This document shows positions 57,704-64,000 of a stretch of 64,000 nucleotides of DNA, in pieces. Within the stretch, counting starts at the first letter, position 1; the number at the start of each line of letters is the position of its first letter. The notes beneath the pieces were generated by a model. It did not search any database, had not been told where the DNA came from, and worked only from the letters and a program-made list of their open reading frames with translations. A program made the position numbers and the translations under genes. The DNA is from Oikopleura dioica (Eukaryota > Animalia > Chordata), in NCBI GenBank assembly GCA_907165135.1, contig OU015567.1, positions 14,756,001 to 14,820,000 of the forward strand, read 5' to 3'.

Positions 57704-58868
57704 CTTTCGGCGAAGCTTTTTCCAGATAGTTGTAAAACTCGGTTTCGCGTTACTCTCGATGAGTTTATGTCCAAACATTCTTATCGGTCTAATTCTAGGC
57801 CGCAGTTCAGCGTTACATGCTTCCCAGTTCGCCTTATCTCCACGGGTTTAAGCCCATGTTATGCATCATTATTTGGGCTTTCTTGCTACGGTAGTTGGAA
57901 ATTGCAACATCACAAAAGATTGCGAAGGAAAGAAACACAGCCTTTTCAGGCGGTGATTAATTTGTTGTTATCTTGTATCGATTCTGTTTTGTCAAGTTAG
58001 AAAACATAATTCCTACCAATTGAGGTTGTTGTAAGTTCTTGCTACCTGCATTTTATTTTATAACATTCAAAAACCAGAAATTGCTGTTTATTAGTAAATT
58101 GTAAGTGGCCTCTCTTTTGAAGAACTTGCGTGGCATCAACGCCAAAGCCACGTTTCGCGGTATTAATTGTTAAACAGGTTTTATCAAGTGAAAGCACATA
58201 TGTTCTTCGAAATGGTCAAACTTGCGTGCAATTTGTTAACACAAGAGCGTGCAAAACAATTGGAAACCGCGAACTGGAAGAAGTTTACCACTGAGCCGTC
58301 CAGTTCAAAATTGGATCAATGAAATATCTTTGTGTATTTTTTTGTTAGTAGTAGTACAGATTTCCAGAACTTGGGCATGATAATTTATAAGGTACTCATA
58401 CGCTTATAGAAAAAGAAGAAGAAACGGGATAATGGAATTAAGGAAATGGGAAGAGATCAGTTTGAGAGGAGGGCGAGTTAGCAGAATTAAGAAATGCAAA
58501 CTCTAGGTAAGACAAGGGTTGTGATAGGATTGAACAATAATAATGAATATTCGGAAGAAAGCACGACATAGTACGAATCTAGTGTTGGCAACAACATGTG
58601 GGCCTTCCAAGGTTTACAAAGAACGTTTAATAAAAAAACTAGAAACGCCGGTAGTTTTCACTTACAACAGAAAAAATTAAACAAAAGTTTAAACTTAAAA
58701 CTTTTGAGTTTATAAGCAAGCAGAACGACGCGAAGGAGAGAAAGGTTAAAACAGCATTAAAATAATAAGCGGGAATGTAGATTAACTCTCGTTGAAACAG
58801 AGTAGTGCGGAAAGGATAGAATGCGGAATCAGAAGTAGAAGTTCTTTGTTCAGTTAGATTTTCTGTCA

Positions 58869-61800
58869 TCAGGATTTCTTGTCTTTGAGGAGCTGCTCGA
58901 CTTGGTTCTCAAGCTGGCTGATGCGGTAGTTCTAAGATTTAGCGTTAAATCATTAAAATAAGCATTTTTAGACAAAGGAGGGCATGGGCAAACGAGCCAT
59001 TAAATCCCAAGTTCATGACCTTCGGGTTGTAAATCTTTAGGCTCAAGCCGTCCGTTTAGGCGGTAAGGGGCTTACCTGCTTCTCAATAAGCCGCTGCTTA
59101 GTGTCAATGACTTGTTGCATTTGGATTCTTTCTGCTTGAACAGCCTGTTCGGCTTTAGACGCCTTTTCCAGCAGCATTCGCGAGGTCGATTCCCCTGGGT
59201 CTAAATTATTAGGTCAGCCGCGAAAAAAAGTAGACGTAAGATATTTTAACGATTAAAAACACCATTTTTAGACAAGTTGTAAATTAAGGAGTCATCATTT
59301 TATCGGTTATCGGAGAAGTAGACTTACCATTGTTGTTATTGCTTTGGCTATCAGAGAGTTTTTTCAGTAGCTTGGCGTTGTCAGATTCAAGGCGAAGAAT
59401 TTTAGATTCGAGCTCTTCATTGATTTTAATTAGCTCCTCTGGGTCTCGCTGAAATGAGGGGTTAGAGACTTTTGGGGAGAATTAGCTGCTTACTTGGTGA
59501 TTTTGATTAAGCCACGTGCTTGTTAGTTCATTTTTCGTCCGCATGCCGATGCTTTCTTGAAGGTAGTGCACTTCGTTGTCCAACTCGTCAAGCGCCTTTT
59601 TCGTATCGATGCCGTTTTGATTGAGGTGGATGGGAATGAGCTCGGGTGGAGAATTCGAGTTGAAAGATGGGTTCTGGAATGAAAGGGGGTCTCTTCTTGG
59701 TGTTAACAACGGTGCTGAAGGAAAATGATAAAGAATCTTCAATAACCGTATCGCCGCCTGTGTCGGTCCGATTCTTATAAGAAAATATTCTTTTCATGCT
59801 ATTTATCTACTTATATCAAACGGGCTCTTTATCATTTCATTCATAAATTTTAATTGTGAAAATTATACACATTAGCTTCCAAAGAAAAGTGAGAATATGT
59901 TGATCAGATTGGAAGCAAGATTGAAAATGATGACTATCAAAGTTTATGGAAAAACTATTGATTTAGTCGTTGCCAAAAATGAAATGAAAACTTACTGGAG
60001 GAAGGCTTTTCTATATAGATTTCGTTTTCGTTTTCCAAGCTCGATTTAACTTTGTCGAGCACATTGCGTAAGTCTCTTAGCTGCTCGTTTCTCCTCAGAT
60101 CCTCGTTTTGCGCCAGAACGGAGCTCAGTACCTGCTGTAACTTTGCCAGTTCCACTCCAAGCTCAACATGTCCCTCGAAACCCGCTTTTAGCGGCATCTG
60201 ATATATTTAAATTAACGTCGATGCCGGCTTAAATCCCTTCTGGGAGAGGGCAGTCTATTTTTCACCTGACGAGTGGAGATTGCTTCTACGAAATTCTTGT
60301 ACTCGTCACGCTGCGAGTCGAGCACTTCGTTGAGGTATGAAAGATAGTCTTCTTTGGCTCCGAAGCGGGCGCCGTTGGCCATTGATTGCACTATTTTCGC
60401 GGTCAAGGTGAGCGTCCGGCTCGCCCGATCGTTCGGCAGCGACGGCGCCAGTGCGAACAACGAGGGCGTTAATAATGCTGGACATAATAGTCGGAGAAAG
60501 AGCGATCCTTTAATGAAAAAGGTTAATCAATATATTCATGTTGCAGAATCAGAGTCGTTGTTGACAGTTCGCATCTCTTCAACAAGGCAGCTTTTACCCG
60601 CGAGTTCGAGTGATTAATAAATAAACTACAAATGAGAATCAATATTGATGTGAACCTTGACAGACCTTGGTAAACATTTATGTCGATTTTTTTAATCATT
60701 TTTCATACTCATCAAAAATGAAACTTTCCATCCTTTCTATTCGGGCGTCAAAATAATTCATTTGAAAAAGAAAACTTGTTATCTTTGTTGATTCAACAAT
60801 TTTGACAAGAAGGATAATCCAATTTTCAAAACATTAATAACATACAAGACGCATTTAAAACGCTTGCAAGTAACAAGTGCTCAATTCAGAACCAGCTGGA
60901 AAAACAATAATTTGATTCAGAAAACTCAGGTTCCAAATCTGCTTTGTAATCAGCGATTACGATTTGCTCTCAGACGTTCCACTTCAATGTTCGCCCAGTT
61001 TGATGGCATAATAAACTCGAGAGAAGTTACTTTTGGCTGTCTAGAGGATTATACTCTGGTTTGGTCGAAAGTGGATTAGAACAGTTCGGGGACGCTCGTC
61101 TAAATTACCAAAGATTTTTGGTAATGCATTACCAAAAATTGGTAATCCATTACCAAATTTTTTCAACAATTGCAATTTTTTTGCTCAAAAAATACGTAAA
61201 TCACTTCAAAATGTATCCTACCAGACAGGCGCGGAGCGCACACAGGCTGTCTGACCTAGCAAAATCAGCCATTTTTGGGAAGTTTGGTAATGCATTACCA
61301 AAAATTGGTAATGGATTACCAGATAGTAAATTTAGACGAGCGTTTCCCCAACAGTTTTCGCGAACAAAATTTCGAAATCATGTTCGTTCAAATTACCTGC
61401 AATCAGACGGTCGATAAGTTTTTCGCGGCCCCATTCTTTCGTCCGATCTCGCCAGGCGACGTACACCTCGCGCAGTTCATTTGGGAAGAAATTCTTTTGC
61501 GCGATGATCCTTCTCACGGCTGTATACGCAGTGCGCGTAAGCTGTGATCGATTTGCCTCCAAATCCCCATTCGGAGATAATCTTTTTCGACCGTTCAATA
61601 CTTTCAATCTGGGTCTTCCAGGTTACTTTGTGCTCTGTAGAAAATTGTCTGTACTAAGAATGCGAAATTATGTCCGGCTTTCCTTTCTTTGTCGACTTCG
61701 CAGTCGATTTCGCCGGAGTTGCTGATCACATCTCTTACAACTTGACTCAAGCACTCGTTGAGGTAATTTCGACAAACGAGTTTCAGAAACGATTCGATGG

Positions 61801-62940
61801 ATTTTGATCCAATTGAGTTTTCTCTGAAAAGAAGCGCTTCTTGTTCTTCCCCAAGACGTTTGACTTCAAGTTCCATCAAATCGGTCAGATAGTCCTAGAA
61901 AAACAAGTTTGGAAGAGAAAGAAATTGACTTGAGCGCTACTTTCAGCTTTCCAGTGTCCATCATCAAGCGCACCATGGATCCAGCAACGCGTTCTTTCTG
62001 CTCAGCATTCATAGCGGGGCCAAGGATTTGACTTATTCGGAGGTAGTGTGTGGTGAGATACTCAGCGAAGGGTTTGTACAGTTCAAGCGGCAATATTTTT
62101 AGGGACTGGTAGCGTGTCTTAATTTTCAGAAAATAGCGTTGAAGGGGGGAAAATGGAACGAACCTTCATACGGACGGATATTTCAGATTTTGAGGTCGAC
62201 TTCGGGGTTGTTACTGGAAACCATTTTTCGAAAAATTGACCCGTAGTCAACGAGCTGATCGGTATATTCACAAGTCCTAAAGAGACACTTTCAGGATTAC
62301 AAAAAACACGATACAAATTACCGATATAATCTTTATCTTTTCTATGTTTCTTTTTGTCCGATTCGCGATAGATGTGCAAACGAATGGTTTCAATTCTGAT
62401 GTCCGGCAGAAATGGAAACTCGAAGTACTCGCCCCACACAATCGACCCAGATTGAATACCGTTTGAGCTGTTTTGGATTTCTTTTACAGACGTTCTACGA
62501 AACAAGTATTAACCCAGAAGACTGAGGAGCAAAGCGGCTTACCGCGCGTAGATTTGTTCGTTAAAATGGACTTCTGCATAGTAGCGTCTATTTTTTGTTG
62601 GCAGACCTTTCGCTTCAGACACCCAAAGCTCAAGCTGTGTAGCATGGCGGCGCCGGTTATTCCTGTCAGGCGACTTGTTGTTATGGAAGTCTGCCAGCCA
62701 GCGTTCCACGTGACCTTGTGACTCGCATTGAAGCTTGTGAATTCCCTGAGATATTGATCGATAGAAAAATCTAGTCATTTACTCAGCACCGACCTTGTGA
62801 GGATGAGCTACTTCAATCGTGTAGTTCCGGCCGGATATGATGCTACTGTGCAGTGGCCGAGCGGTCCAGGGCTCCGCAACGGAACATTTGAAATTGTCAG
62901 CTTTTGTAAAAACCTCGTTTTCGTCCTGCTCTCGAATCAT
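58869..62940 (-). CDS. PH-C2-RasGAP-coiled coil protein of the DAB2IP / RASAL2 / SynGAP family, multi-exon
   Basis: C2 LELWVSEAKGLP..RYYAEVHFNEQIYAR, WGEYFEF, IG/LVNIP...EKWFPV; GAP LFRENSIGSKSIESFLKLV, LFLRLLCPALL.P.LF.L, RTLTLTAKIVQSMAN; C-terminal coil ending NYRISQLENQVEQLLKDKKS*. Confidence 0.9.
61088..61349. mobile_element. 262-bp MITE with GGGG...CCCC ends in a RasGAP intron
   Basis: GGGGACGCTCGTCTAAATT ... AATTTAGACGAGCGTTTCCCC; 7/8 TSD AACAGTTC / AACAGTTT; internal TTGGTAATGCATTACCAA palindromes. Confidence 0.8.
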
Positions 62941-63371
62941 TTTCTCGCCTCATTTAAGACACCATTCTAAGACAAAAAGACCGCGATATTTTTTGAACCA
63001 TTGCCATCGTTAAACTCCCAGCGAAACAAGCAAATTATTACTCAAAAGAAAGTGTAATTATCCCAAAGAAAAATGAGGTTTCAGGTTATTTTTTAGCGAA
63101 TTTGCATGATGTTTTACAAACTGTACAAATTTTACCAACTCAATCAAGTAAGAACCGTATACATTCAATTAGCCACTTCCATGTTTTTTTAAATGTTTTT
63201 ATTGTATTCGTTTATTTGCTCAGAAAAGCAGAACATGTTTAGTTACAGTAGATTACGAAGCAAAACAAAGGTTTCAAAGTGTTACTTCAAAAGCTCAATT
63301 CTTTGTTCTTCAAGTTGACGAATGTTTGGGCAGGAATGAAACACAACACGGAGGAAATTGGGACGAAGTTG

Positions 63372-64000
63372 TCACAGGAAGAGGACTTGGACTGTTATGT
63401 CGTCACGGTACATTCGACTTTCTTCGGGCGAGTGAGCCAAGCTGCGGCGGACTTCTATCTCGTCATATCCTTAAAAATATAAATATCATTGACGCTTGCG
63501 GAGAGGCCCTACCATCCCATCCTTCTCCAATGGCTCTTCTTATTAACATCGTAGCAGCATTTGCTTCAAAAACTTCTGGATCGCGCTCAAGATACGCTCC
63601 AATAAGGTGAGCAACATCAGCGTGCCCTAGAACGTCCCAAAGACCATCGCTGGCGAGAACGATTGCGCGATCTGTGACGCCAAGGCGATGATAACGAATC
63701 TGAAGGATCGATCTTGATCTCGCTCGAAGAGGAGGAAGTTGATTACCTGAGGTTTTGCAGAGAGGTAAGGCGGTGTTCGGTAAAAAGGTAAAACAAGTTT
63801 GTCTGGCTGACCATCATTGTCCAAATCAAGGTTGCGGTCTTCAATCGAGGTAAGTTCTGATAGCGTCATTTTGAATCTAAGCAATTTTTGAACATGCGAT
63901 TTTCACGAAGAACAAGAATTCACCTGCAGTCGCCAAAAGCGCGAAGAGGGCTCAAATATCCAAGAAGTCGTTGATTTCGTAGCACCGATCGGGATTCGTT
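63372..64000 (-). CDS. PDP1: 3' part of pyruvate dehydrogenase phosphatase (PP2C family), runs off the window
   Basis: RLLGYLSPLRAFGDCR, YRTPPYLSAKPQV, SDGLWDVL, NAATMLIRRAIG, RMYRDDITVQVLFL*; PDP1 versus PDP2 not resolved. Confidence 0.9.

Overview
Eukaryotic genomic DNA with very compact genes: introns are mostly 35-65 nt, GC-AG and GA-AG introns occur, same-strand genes sit 50-130 nt apart, and a polypyrimidine-AG often lies 0-1 nt before start codons. This pattern, plus a Ty3/gypsy element, points to the larvacean tunicate Oikopleura (inference). About 25 protein genes can be reconstructed: SEC22B 3' end, CoREST-like, ankyrin+SP-RING protein, NDUFAF4, TEX264, LSM12, DMAC2-like, PIP4K2-like, a nested C2H2 gene, SWEET1, RSBN1, an RPL23A-RPS7-RPS18-RAB5IF-DNAJC9-AQR cluster, PIG3-like quinone oxidoreductase, MICU, IFT43, cathepsin B, an NR1 nuclear receptor, a DAB2IP/SynGAP-type RasGAP and PDP phosphatase. 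The transposon load is heavy and young. (i) A family with CTGGGCTCGGCAA termini and 8-bp TSDs has two ~600-bp copies inside coding exons; both end in CAG and could be spliced out (introner-like). (ii) A 4.3-kb hAT-ended foldback element with inverted 57-bp tandem arrays splits the PIG3-like last exon. (iii) An 8-kb LTR retrotransposon has near-identical LTRs, a Gag AUG at the LTR/PBS junction, a -1 frameshift signal and tandem SAP/HeH-like repeats after integrase. (iv) Several other MITEs are present. The PIP4K2-like gene has lost all four canonical catalytic residues and looks like a lipid pseudokinase. All exon structures and family calls were made by eye, without database searches.
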